From Xylographa opegraphella (Eukaryota): a stretch of 64,000 bases of DNA. The stretch spans positions 248,001 to 312,000 of the forward strand of contig JALDZX010000007.1 in the NCBI GenBank assembly GCA_022813865.1, written 5' to 3'. Shown here piece after piece: positions 39,519 through 50,322 of the stretch. Positions within the stretch are counted from its first letter, which is position 1. The number at the start of each line of letters is the position of its first letter. The notes beneath the pieces are model-generated. The model was not told the origin of the DNA. It made no database searches and was given only the letters and a program-made list of their open reading frames with translations. A program made the position numbers and the translations under genes.

Positions 39519-40384
39519 TCTATCGTCCGCACTGAAAGTGTATGTCATGTCTGTCGTTATGAACGACGCCGCGAGATCCATCTTCAGCTACAAATTGGGG
39601 CTTGAGATGAAGATGCCGGGGATTGAAGCATGGAAAAGACCGCCCGGCCATGATGACTCAAATGTCCTCGGAACCTAACACATGCGCATATTAGAAAGCG
39701 AGACTGCAAGTGCAATAGTTAAAGTTCTCCACCAGGCAACGCGCTCATGACTTCCAATCCATCGAGGGGACCGCCAATTCTAAATGACCACGTTCAGTTT
39801 ACATACCCACACTTGTCATATTCGCCGTAGGACAGCCTCAAGGATTCAGGATTGGCTTCCGAAAGTAGCGACACTAAGCGAGATGTTCCCGAACTGTGCC
39901 TGATGGAACAGACTGCGGCGAGGCTAAAATCGTACTGGGGAAGACGGTGAGATAGCCAGCGTGGAGGGAAAAAGTAAACTCACTCTGGTGAACTTCATTA
40001 CCGAGGTGAACGGTGGACTTGAACTGCAAGAGAAGCTCCGGGTGGCGATCAGTGGCTCCATTGGGGGCTACGATATCGGGATGGTCGCTCAGCCACAGAA
40101 ATGACGGTTGACATGGAAATACCTGTGGTGAGCATGGTATTGAGCGAGCAGCACACAGCTCGGCAGACTCAGCGGAGAGTATACATTTATCACGCAGCAC
40201 TGCACACTGAACTGAACGGTCAAGTTTTCATCGGCCTAAGTTCTTAGCCCTCCCTCTGCTTAAAAGTCTGCACTCCAGCGGTGCGACTTCTCACATGTAG
40301 TATCTTCGTTTCACCCTCCCTCAACCCGCCACGCTTCACACACCCTCCACCACTCCCTCCACCACACCCTCCACCACACCCTCA

Positions 40385-41843
40385 TCACCATCCTCCTCCT
40401 CCTCTTCCCGCCTCCTCCCCCTCTCCCGTCAAGTCCACCACCACCGCCCGCCTCTCCGGCCCCCTAACCTCAGAGAAGCCCCGAACCCTCACCCCACGCC
40501 CCAATCCCGCTAAGAACCGATCCCGAATCCCGCTCCCGCGCGCCCAGGCCCCGGCCCTGCCCTGAGCAGTCCTCCGAACGTCCTGGCTCGTATCCGTCGC
40601 GAAGAGCTGCACGCAGGCGCGCTCGAGATGAAGAATCTGAATATGGCGCTCCAGAGCAAGCACGCGCGCGTGGTCGGCGGAGCGCTCGTGCTGGACGTGT
40701 GCGAGCTGGAGGGCGAGGGCGGAGAGGTGTTCTGGTGGTGGGAGGGGTGGGTTAGTGGTTTTACAAGGGAGCGGGGGGTGAGTGGGTGCTGACCAACCTT
40801 TCAGGAGCTGTATCTCGTCTTCGAGGGGCTGGCGAGTTGGGTCTGGGGGGAAGAAAGCGGGGACGGTGGGGTCGAGCGTGCTTTGGGGTGGGGCGGGGGA
40901 GGGGTGTGGGGAGGGGGGTGGGGAGTTCAGGAGAATGGTGTTGAGAGGGCTGGGGCTCCTCGGTATGTGCGGCTCAGATGGCTCTTCGTGTGGAGATTCA
41001 ACGGCGGTGAGCGCGACGGCGGCTGCGCCGCTGCCTATTATTTCCATCTTTGGGGGCTGGCCATTGGGCGAATCGAGGGCGTCTTCGTCATCGGTGTCAT
41101 ATAGCCCTGTGCCTGTACCCCTGGTCTTCGATGGTTCCGCTGGTTCGTTCTGCTCGTCGTTATCTAGCGTTTGTTGTGGCTCAGGTGCTGGGAGCAGCGA
41201 TCTAGCCAAACGCTCCGAAATTTCCTTGGTCAACTCTGCATCATCGACATCGGCATCTTCTACTGCCTCGTCCGTGACTGTTGGGTCATCATTGCTCCAC
41301 TTCCCTGTCGGGGGTACAAGGCCAAGCGGACCGGTCGCTTCCATATCTCCTTCCTCGGACGCCGTGTCATATATGGCCGGCCTCCCCTGCGCTTGGCGCG
41401 CGTCTTCCAGCTCAGCCCAGACGTCTACTGGAAAGGGGTTCGTCGGCAGGCCCTCGTCCATGAGTTCCTGCATGATGTCCCGCAGATCGTAGAAGATTGC
41501 ATTTGGGCTGCAGTTCGGGCAAAAAGTCAGTGGGTGCTATATACGGGGCGGAGCTGACTAACACGCGATCCTCAGACAGGAGCTCATCCACCGTGGCGTC
41601 TGCGTTGCGCAGTTCGGGGAAGAAGCGGTACGCGATGTAGAAGGGGATTTCGTCGTGGAGCCTTGCAAAGAAGGCGTCGACGTCGTCGTCGGGTTGCGTC
41701 TCGTTGTCTAGGACTCTTTGCAGAAAGGTGCGGATGCCGCAAAACTCCATGAAAGCTTTCTCTGCTTCTGGTGATAGGCGTTTATGCTTTGGACTGAGTG
41801 AAGCCATGGATGGGGATGCGTTTCTTCTTGAGGTGATGTTCAT
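40385..41843 (-). CDS. Hypothetical protein (acidic/Pro-rich, C-terminal coiled coil); one intron at ~41509-41562
   Basis: ORF 41843-41563 joins ORF 41508-40385 through GTTAGT..CTGAC..CAG (EDRV|PNAIFYDLRDIMQEL). No recognisable domain. Confidence 0.5.
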
Positions 41844-42284
41844 GTAAGAAGTGTAGCGCAGGAGGGAAAGTTGATGAGCGAATAAATCCTAAAATATTTG
41901 AAACGATCCAAGGTTGACAATAGAGTATATCACGCATTATGAGACCTGTAGAAGATGGAAAGGGCGAGACTTTTCTGGTGACACTGCTTTGTTGTCAGAC
42001 TCAGATCGGCCCTGCTTTGGATATTCCACGAAGGTATACAGAAAACAAGGCTACTGAATCGGTGTGTCGGATATGATTGATTTCTGCATCTCTTGATGGA
42101 GGCAACCGCATACCCTGAAGGGGTAGAGGTAGAGCCGAATGTCTATAGGCGGTGTGTATACATTTTCCCAAAAGATCTAGATCATAGATCGCTGGAATGA
42201 AGACCTGAGATGTCCTTCGCGGTGGCTTTGCCCGTTCGACGGACAAGTACGAAGCGCCATGTATGACTTGTAACGAATGGGTTC

Positions 42285-45170
42285 CTAGGTTGTTCTCAAA
42301 GAAGCCAGATGTTCTTTCAACTTCTCCCAATCGGTACTGTCTCCCCATCTCTCCTTCGCTTTCCCCATCACTCCTCTAATGGCGCTCCTGCTCTTGAACT
42401 TCCAATCCTTGCAGACAAGTTCTCCAGTAGCAGCAGCCAATCCTTCTGTTCTCTCTTTCTCTCCCAGACTCTCATACGCGTCTACTAACTCGATAGTGGC
42501 ATCTACAACTGAGCCCCATGCCTGCTCGGAAGTCTCTCCGTTGGAGTCTTCTGCACTCTCAGCTCCACTCTCCCATCTGGGACGGCTTTGCGTCGCCCGC
42601 CAAGCCTTCTCGTATGCTTCGAGAGCGGAGGATGGACGATTCAGATGTAAGGAAAGCTTGGCGACGAGTTGCCACAAACGCCGAGAGTGGGTGATAAGCG
42701 GCGTTACATGCTTCTGTACGAGATCGATGAACATATGCTCCAGACCAAATCTCTTTCGTTGTTGCTCAGCGGGCGAGGTTTCGATTGCATGCTCGGGTCT
42801 AGCGAACGATCTGGGAGGAGCGGACGCAATAACATGTGCCAATAATCCCTCCAACACTTCTATATCTATGCAACCTTCACCTTCTACAGTACCCCGGAGT
42901 TCAATAAGGCGCTCTTGGGCTATAATGATATCTGCATAGGGCGGTGGAGATAGAGTTGCGGAGACGTTAAGTAGATTTTGCCAGATCCGATAAGACTCTC
43001 GCTTGAGAGCAGCAGCTCGTTTAAGTGCAACAAATGCTTCTCTGGCGTGCTTCTGGGGATCCACTTTCTGCTTATCGTCGACGTCCTCCAGATGCTCTGT
43101 GGATTCTTCATCAACAGCTTGTTCGGCCGGTAGTCTCAGTAGTGCCGCTGCAAGATTACTCCAGGTTTCCGCATCTCCCTCTTCGATTTGTACTGCACGG
43201 CTGAAAGCCTCTACTGCGCCCTTCCAATCCCGCAATTCCAACCGTACGCAACCAAGTGCGAACCACGTACTTTGGTTCTGAGGATTGATCTTTAACGACT
43301 TGGAGTATGCCACATCTGCTTTGGGCAAGTCTTGATTTATGAGGTAGTGTTTCCCAAGCGATCGTTGAGCACGAGCATATCGGTCCCCAGAGACTGTCCA
43401 GGCTCTTTCATAAAACACAGGTGATTTCTCAAGGTCACCTAAAATACAGAACAAACGAGGGGCATCAATTGGTAGCGGTTCTTTCTCCTCACCAAGGTAT
43501 TCGTCCACGTCTTCTTCTAGACTCGTGGAATGCGATCCAGACAGCGCATTTTCCGACTGATACAGCTGTCTTCGTACGATCCTACGGGCTTTGTCTTCAC
43601 GCTCAACGGCTGCCCAGCACAGAGCTGTTTCAGACCACATCTCTAATCGCTCGTAGATCTCGAGGGCTGTCCTTAGACCACCAAGGGAGACCCATCGCGC
43701 GGCGAGCTCAGCCTCCAATACCCAACGTGTAGGCGATGCAAGCTGATGAATATATTGGAGACGCTCTGTAACAGATGCAGAATCCGATGGCTTTGGGCGT
43801 GGTAGGAAGGTACTTGGTGCAGTGTTCGCACCAGAATCTGCAACCACTGTCGAGTTCGAAGTATTGTCGGATGAAGCTGTTTCCGCAATGACCTGATCGA
43901 CAAGTGCTTGCAGCTGCAATACTCCTCTCTCTACTGTCCGAGATCGATACCCTTCGATTCTGCTACGAACGAGTAAAGCTTGAGTATAGATCTGCCAATT
44001 AGTCCTGCCTCCTTCTAATACACGTGTTGCGTATGGGAGAGTTTCCTCCCTCGTAAGACCATGCTGAGGAGAAGTATTCGTGATGGACGAAGCAAGCGAC
44101 AGGAGAATTATCGAATCGAGAGGCTGAATAACTGGCTGGTTTGCCGGATCTAGAGCAGCGAGGGATTGAGGTATGTCTTCCGTGATCCCAGGTTCCTCTT
44201 GCGAGGGATCTTTCGAGAACGCTATCGACTCAAGCAATGTATCATCGTTCAAATCTAAGTTCTGTGGTATTGATCCCGTGCCAGCCTCTTCAGACTCCTT
44301 ATATTTGGTTGTCACATTGGTGTGGCCATTACTACCTACCTGACGTGTAGTTTCTACGCGTTGCGCACTCCGTGCAAGTACCACGAGCTGACTCAACTCG
44401 TTCTGCTGAAATTTAGTCCTTTTACCAAGTCTCCCTGTAAGAACATACTCAAGCCCAGTCAGCTTTGTTGCTTGGTCCAAGTCCTCCCTTGCCTTGACAT
44501 CGAAGCCATGGTAGGTATGAATAGCTGCACGTTCCAGTAGGAACTTTGTCTTTGTATCGGCTTCATGATCCGTGTCACTTGATAGTATTATCGGCCCTAC
44601 AATATTAAGATCATCGTAGATGTCTTTCTGTAGCGTAGGTGCAACGTCACTGAGCATTCGTTGATGCCAGAAGTTCAAACGTAGTCTTTGCCATCGTGCC
44701 CCTGTATCGTCCTTCACAATTTTCTCGTGGGTAAGGATAGCTTTGGCAAGACAGAATAACTCCACGTGAGGTGTGAGTGCGTAAGCAGCCTCTCCATCAA
44801 CGGTCAAGCTTCTTATGAGCTTTTTCCGGAATCCTAGCAATTGACCTGGCTGCGCTTTGTGAAAAGCGGCTGAGGACACCACTTCCGAAAGATCACGATC
44901 TAGTGGTGGACCAGTCACATTCGACTGGAGAAAAGTATGCAAGGCAGCAATGCCAACATTTAAGAGCTCTTGCTTGATAGCTAATGTCTCTGACAAAGAC
45001 GTTGAGTTGGTCAGCTGATCATCAATGTGATGAACGATTCTCTGATACCACGCATTTTCAAGAACCTCGAAGCTTTCTGAGGGTGACTCTCCGAATGATA
45101 GGATCTCTTGTGCTTCGGGAGACGTCAACATTTTGTAGAATTCTCCGTCGGCACTGACCGCTTGGACCAT
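42285..45170 (-). CDS. EMW1: TPR-repeat protein, TTC27/Emw1 family (start uncertain)
   Basis: Long ORF with FLQSNVTGP, LTGRLGKRTKFQ, LDLNDDTLLE, NWQIYTQALLVRSRIE, TVERGVLQLQALVDQ and TPR repeats (WFALGC, AETWSNLAAA). Confidence 0.85.
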   Translation of the reverse strand: MVQAVSADGEFYKMLTSPEAQEILSFGESPSESFEVLENAWYQRIVHHIDDQLTNSTSLSETLAIKQELLNVGIAALHTFLQSNVTGPPLDRDLSEVVSSAAFHKAQPGQLLGFRKKLIRSLTVDGEAAYALTPHVELFCLAKAILTHEKIVKDDTGARWQRLRLNFWHQRMLSDVAPTLQKDIYDDLNIVGPIILSSDTDHEADTKTKFLLERAAIHTYHGFDVKAREDLDQATKLTGLEYVLTGRLGKRTKFQQNELSQLVVLARSAQRVETTRQVGSNGHTNVTTKYKESEEAGTGSIPQNLDLNDDTLLESIAFSKDPSQEEPGITEDIPQSLAALDPANQPVIQPLDSIILLSLASSITNTSPQHGLTREETLPYATRVLEGGRTNWQIYTQALLVRSRIEGYRSRTVERGVLQLQALVDQVIAETASSDNTSNSTVVADSGANTAPSTFLPRPKPSDSASVTERLQYIHQLASPTRWVLEAELAARWVSLGGLRTALEIYERLEMWSETALCWAAVEREDKARRIVRRQLYQSENALSGSHSTSLEEDVDEYLGEEKEPLPIDAPRLFCILGDLEKSPVFYERAWTVSGDRYARAQRSLGKHYLINQDLPKADVAYSKSLKINPQNQSTWFALGCVRLELRDWKGAVEAFSRAVQIEEGDAETWSNLAAALLRLPAEQAVDEESTEHLEDVDDKQKVDPQKHAREAFVALKRAAALKRESYRIWQNLLNVSATLSPPPYADIIIAQERLIELRGTVEGEGCIDIEVLEGLLAHVIASAPPRSFARPEHAIETSPAEQQRKRFGLEHMFIDLVQKHVTPLITHSRRLWQLVAKLSLHLNRPSSALEAYEKAWRATQSRPRWESGAESAEDSNGETSEQAWGSVVDATIELVDAYESLGEKERTEGLAAATGELVCKDWKFKSRSAIRGVMGKAKERWGDSTDWEKLKEHLASLRTT

Positions 45171-45822
45171 GTCTGTTGCACTTTTGAAAATGGATATCAC
45201 TTGTTGGATAGTGGTAGGCAGATAACCACTGAGCTGCAGTGTGAGTCAAGTCGCGGAATACTGGAGTCGTATTTTCGGGCAGTCTGTGTAGCAATCTTAA
45301 TGCTGCAACGACTTTGTAGAAAGCACACAGTGAGCACAGACTCCGGGGACTATCTTCTCTAGTTTGATACATAGATTCGAGAGAACATGAGAGAAAGCAT
45401 TACGCAAAATTTCCATGATTGGTCAGATGGAAAATTTTTGGTCAGAATATATTCGCGAATCGCACTAGCATATCTAGGTCCTACTAGCAGCAGACGCTCG
45501 ACTATGGCGCTACCGTCAAACGAACGGCTTCTTAGCCAAGTCGGCCTGTTGAGGAAGGACTTAAACCATGGCTATGCAGTGGCAAATCTTGCGCCATGAA
45601 TCTCGAGATATCTGTATTTGCTCACGCCTTCTGGAGAAGGTCCTAGCTCGCCAATGAAAATTCTCCCGATCCCTCCATTCACAATATGAAATCATAAAGA
45701 TCGTAAACAAAGCACACTCGAGCACACATGATCAGGTGCAAGATATCCAAAACCCACTTTCCTGTTACCACTTCCAGTACGCCAATATGCCTGCTCAAAC
45801 GGCATCGAGCCTCCTTACGAAC

Positions 45823-46796
45823 CTAGTCGCCGTGCCTTGACCGACTCCGGCTGCTGTGGTGACTGCTATGATGATGATGGTGGTGATGGTGGCTGCGATG
45901 ACCATCGGCGGACAAATTGTCCCCATAAGTGCTCCCCCCATAGCTGCCGTTATCCCCACGCGAGGAGTGTCCGCCAGAGTGGCTACTTCCGCTACGAGAG
46001 CCGTGGTGATGATGGTGAGAGTGAGAAGAGTGGGAAGAGTATCCGTCGTCCCTGTCTTCTTTGTGCCTAATAAGCAATGCCTGTTAGCTTCCAGTCGCTT
46101 ATCAGAACACCAGGACGGCTGTTGGATATCGTACTTCTTATGTCTCTTTTCTAGCGCGTTCGCTCCGATAGCACCAGCAATAGCTCCGCCAATCGTGCCT
46201 AGAACGCCGCCTCCAAGCTCATGTCCCAGGAATCCACCTCCTGAAGCACCAACGAGTGACGCTCCAAGACCTTTCTCTCCTCCTGGTCCATCGGAACCGG
46301 GAGGGCCCTGACCGGAATATCCACGATCAGCATCTGCATACGCGCCTGGGCCAGAGGGTTGGGAGGAACCGCGGGAGGAATGGCGTTGTAGGCCTTGCTC
46401 GTGATACCCGCCTTGCGGCGGCTGTTGATATTGCTGCGGAGCCTATTGCGAACGGTGATTAGATCGATATGCCTCAGCGAGAAGAGTTTTACTTACGGGA
46501 GGAGCGTACCCGCCTCCGTGATATCCTGGGGAGGGAGCTCCATAACCTGGAGAGGGCGCACCGTATCCTGGAGAGGGCGCACCGTATCCTGGAGAGGGCG
46601 CACCATATCCTGGAGAAGGCGCACCATATCCTGGAGAAGGAGCACCGTATCCTGGCGACGGCGCACCATATCCTGGGGAGGGCGCACCATAATGATGCGA
46701 TGGGTCCTGCGGGTGCCCGCCGTAGCCCTGCTGAGGCGGGTAGCCTTGATGCTGCGACGGGTGGCCACCCTGGTTGTAGTAGTCGTTGTTAGACAT
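45823..46796 (-). CDS. Pro/Gly/Tyr-rich repeat protein with glycine-zipper 2TM motif and His/Ser-rich tail; exons 46796-46497, 46442-46135, 46066-45823
   Basis: [11 protein letters not shown].., (GAPSPGY)8, [44 protein letters not shown], poly-His C-terminus. Two canonical introns. Confidence 0.8.
46521..46688 (-). repeat. Coding minisatellite, 8 x 21 bp (GAPSPGY)
   Basis: CCTGG recurs at a 21-bp period from 46525 to 46672. Differences between copies are synonymous on the - strand. Confidence 0.92.
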
Positions 46797-47665
46797 GTCT
46801 GCCTGAGGCGATGTCGGTTGGTTCAAAAGCTCGAGGTTTTCACACTCTGCTAAGGTCGAAGAAGCTTTCTATCCGGTAATTTGGCCTGAAGGGAGTGGAT
46901 AGGGTAGGTACAAACGAATTTGGGTGTTGCGAATGTGGCCGATATCACAAAGTCGGGAGCAGATGGTGTTGCAATACGAAGACACTGGAGCCTCGAAAGA
47001 TTGACCCACACTCTCTTCCAGTAGGTGACAGCAGAAAGGTTCCTGGATGATCACGCCCTAGCCTGCGGCTGAGGTGGACGCGCCCTCTCTTGCGGCGCGG
47101 CGCTTGGTAGAAAGGAGAGTCAGCCGGCCAGATGTTATTGCGTCGCTCCCTGCAGCGGTGCTGCCCCACTAAGATATGACCTCAGCGAGACTACGGAGTA
47201 CTCTGCATAAATAAATATCCTAGATGTTTGCATGCTGTATAAATACCCCGGAACAGGGATTATGTATTTTCCGGTAATGCTCTCTAGAGGTGCGACGCGA
47301 CGATACAATCAGGATAAATGCCTGCATGAGGCATCCCGTTGGGGCGATGCCAACAGAGCTTGCCACCACTTGCTCATCATCTTGTTCCCTATGCCCTTTC
47401 TCCTACTCCGTCTCGCCTGACTGAATTCATGGACACCGAAGAAGCCGTTGACCCATGCAAGGACCGCCATTGCCTTCAGTAACTCCTCAATAACATATCC
47501 TGAGACGCCTGACCCTTCCCCCCTGCCCCCCCAACCCGTGCCGGACAATCTTTTGCGATGCCACGATTCTTAATATAAACCTTACTGACTATGTACTTTT
47601 TCTTGAACACAAATAGCAGCAGTATTCCCTCGGTCTATCATTTGCCCTGTTTTTGGAGGTTATTC

Positions 47666-49549
47666 TTAACTCACGGCGCAGTCTCGTTTTCTTTTACGTC
47701 TAGTGCCAGATGTAGAAGACTGAGCCACGGATGGGTTTTTCGGCTTTGCGACTTCAACAAAGCTTGGACACGGTGCCAGGGTCGACAGAGGTACTTCTAA
47801 TGAGGGACTCGTCGAGCGACCGAACCCACAGCTCTCATCGTTCTCAACACTCGCTTTGTCAATGGCCTGCACAGAAACCTCCTTCGGTTCGACCTCTACC
47901 TCCTGCATCTTCGCCATCGCACGCGCAGAGATGGTCGAGCCATGTCTGCCAGACCGCAATCTGTTTACTGAGGCCGCATTTTGGGGTAATAGGCGCCTTG
48001 TTGAATCACTCCTAGGGGTCAGGGGATGAATCGTATCACTGTCTTCATCTTCCCAAATTTTGATATCAATCTTTCTTCTCTTGGCTGGACTGGCCGTTGC
48101 TATGTCATCGTCGCTATTGCCGGGAGGATATCTGTGTGTACTGCATATCACCTTTTGGTGTTCACGGGAGCTGGGTGGTGTGGGTAGCTGCCGTGATTTT
48201 GACGGAGTTCTTATAATCGAGCTTGGATTCTCAGTATTGTCCGTCTCAAGAGCGCTCCCCAGTGCATGCTGCGGTTCGACCGAGGTCTTCGGATCCGTGT
48301 ATCCCACTGGCGTTTGTTGAATACTCGGCGCCGCAACTATTCCTTTCTTATTCGCAGCACTCGCAGACGCCGGTGTTTGTAGAGCACTGATTTTGAATGA
48401 TGGCTTCCTGGTATGGAGAAGTTTCTTCGCCAAATTACTCTGTGTCTGCCCCAGGTCTGCTCTTCGCATCAAAGCGTCCTGGACCCACTGGTCACAATCC
48501 ATGGCGATATGGTAGTCAATGAACTCTCTCCAAATGCCTCCGGGCGGCTTCGTATGGTTTACGAAGATAACCTTCCTCCTCTTGCCGGACTTCGCATGAA
48601 CTGATCTTGCGAACTCTCTGACGACGACCTGCAAACCATTGACCTTTAACGAGGTGCCCAGGATCAGAACTACCTCGGGATTAAGCGTTAGATCACTCTC
48701 GATGATGGCCCCAAGCTCCTCTGCTGATGGATGCTGCTCCCCATAGAGCACGATGTTTGGACGAAGGGTGCCGACAGTGGTACTTCGCATACCTTTATCC
48801 TCTCGAGTTTGGTTCTTTCCGGCGCATTTGGGACAATTCGGGGCATTTCCTTCCAGCAGCAGAACCTCCCAATTCTGTACATCCCACACGAATGTCTCAG
48901 AGCATATCGTACATCGCAGTGATTCAAGATCTCCATGCAATTGGATCACTTCACATCCTCCGTCCAATTTGTTTCCTGGCCAAGAATTGACCGGGGAGTG
49001 GGGCAGGTTGACAGCGTTTTTGGTGAATCGTGTCCGGATACCTTTACCCCGACCAAGATCTGTGATCAGACCTTCTCGACCCTCCAACCCATCGATGTTT
49101 TGCGTGTAGCATCGGACAAGCTTCCGCTGGTCACGAAGCTGTCGAATGAATTTGTGGGTGGCCGTGGTCCCTTGCACTTCTTTTTGGATCTTCCTTCTGA
49201 GGGATGCGATGAACGTATAAAACGTGGAAGTACTTTGCTCATCCCTCCAGATCGCAGAGTCAAACAGGTCTTTACCTTTGACCTTGTGTGCCGCTGCTGA
49301 AACAGAAGAGCCATGGAAATCCGTATGTTGGGTTTCGATGAGTGAATAGAGCCCATTCGTCGAACGGAAGTCCTGCAAGATAAGGTTAGCATCATCGCGT
49401 TCCGAACGCGGAGTATTACTGACTGGTATTCCAGAATTGGTCGAGATACCAGCTCCTGTGATAACCACAATCTTCTTTGCCCCAGTAAGAATGTCTGCGA
49501 CCTCCTGCAAGTGGTGGGGCGTATTTAGATCAGCCTCGATAATCGCCAT
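47666..49549 (-). CDS. HST3: NAD-dependent deacetylase, Sir2 family (Hst3/Hst4-like); intron 49373-49423
   Basis: TGAGISTNSGIP|DFRS, YTQNIDGLE, QLHGDL, CxxC..CxxC zinc finger, LRPNIVLYGE, GTSLKV, and a long disordered C-terminal tail. Confidence 0.85.
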   Translation of the reverse strand: MAIIEADLNTPHHLQEVADILTGAKKIVVITGAGISTNSGIPVSNTPRSERDDANLILQDFRSTNGLYSLIETQHTDFHGSSVSAAAHKVKGKDLFDSAIWRDEQSTSTFYTFIASLRRKIQKEVQGTTATHKFIRQLRDQRKLVRCYTQNIDGLEGREGLITDLGRGKGIRTRFTKNAVNLPHSPVNSWPGNKLDGGCEVIQLHGDLESLRCTICSETFVWDVQNWEVLLLEGNAPNCPKCAGKNQTREDKGMRSTTVGTLRPNIVLYGEQHPSAEELGAIIESDLTLNPEVVLILGTSLKVNGLQVVVREFARSVHAKSGKRRKVIFVNHTKPPGGIWREFIDYHIAMDCDQWVQDALMRRADLGQTQSNLAKKLLHTRKPSFKISALQTPASASAANKKGIVAAPSIQQTPVGYTDPKTSVEPQHALGSALETDNTENPSSIIRTPSKSRQLPTPPSSREHQKVICSTHRYPPGNSDDDIATASPAKRRKIDIKIWEDEDSDTIHPLTPRSDSTRRLLPQNAASVNRLRSGRHGSTISARAMAKMQEVEVEPKEVSVQAIDKASVENDESCGFGRSTSPSLEVPLSTLAPCPSFVEVAKPKNPSVAQSSTSGTRRKRKRDCAVS

Positions 49550-49819
49550 ACCTGATTCGCCGTTAAGATCAGCGTGAATAGTCAGACGAGAAATAAAAGA
49601 GACGTACTGAACGCAACCGCAATTGATCTTTTAGCTGATGCCCTTCAATCAAGTAGAATGCTTACAGGAATGATCTCTGGCTGAGAGTCGAGACCCAGAA
49701 GCTGAGAGGTATGGGAGCGCTGACGAACACGAAGACGCTATTGCCGACCGTATAGAAAGAAGAATGAGTGCCATTGGAAAAAGGCCTTAAAGCCCTAATT
49801 GACCCGAGGTACTGACTGG

Positions 49820-49875
49820 TCGCGACGAGAACTGCCCCGTCGTTCACGCGATTGGGATGACGCGATTTATCGCGC
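49820..49875. promoter_or_regulatory. Cluster of CGCG / MCB-like (ACGCG) elements upstream of the sirtuin
   Basis: CGCG at 49821, 49847, 49861 and 49871, two of them as ACGCGA, ~270-325 bp upstream of the ATG. Confidence 0.3.
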
Positions 49876-50322
49876 TACGAACTAGGATCTCCTAGCTTAT
49901 CGATAAGAGAGGCTTGAGCCAGAATGCTAAGAGAGAACCAAGAACTCCATTGTACTCTGTGAATAGGCAGCTGGATGTCAATAGTACCCCATATATGTAC
50001 ACACTACAAACAATTGACGCCGTGGCACAGGATTCGTGCAGATATTCGAGCATAATCGAACCTGTCACAGGGAAGCGTAGCTCCGACGCCGACCGCGAAG
50101 ATGCATACTAATGACTCACACCACCTTGGTTGTCGATCAATTATGTAACCTCAAGACAGGTAGGTTTTGCTTGTTGAATTCCTATCAAGTTCATTGTTTA
50201 CGGACTACTATCGAAGATTGGGTGAAAATCCAGATACCTGGTTCATCTTTCATTGCGCCAGTAAAACACTCATAAGTTGATCTAAGCTGAATTAACAAGA
50301 CCTATCTATATCGAAACCCAAG

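Noticed and set aside
46521..46688. CRISPR-like array
   Set aside because: Head-to-tail 21-bp units without spacers, in frame within a eukaryotic gene.
47666..49549. Sirtuin as a self-resistance gene for an HDAC-inhibitor cyclic peptide
   Set aside because: It lies 21 kb from the cluster among housekeeping genes, and HC-toxin/apicidin-type compounds target Zn-dependent HDACs rather than NAD-dependent sirtuins.
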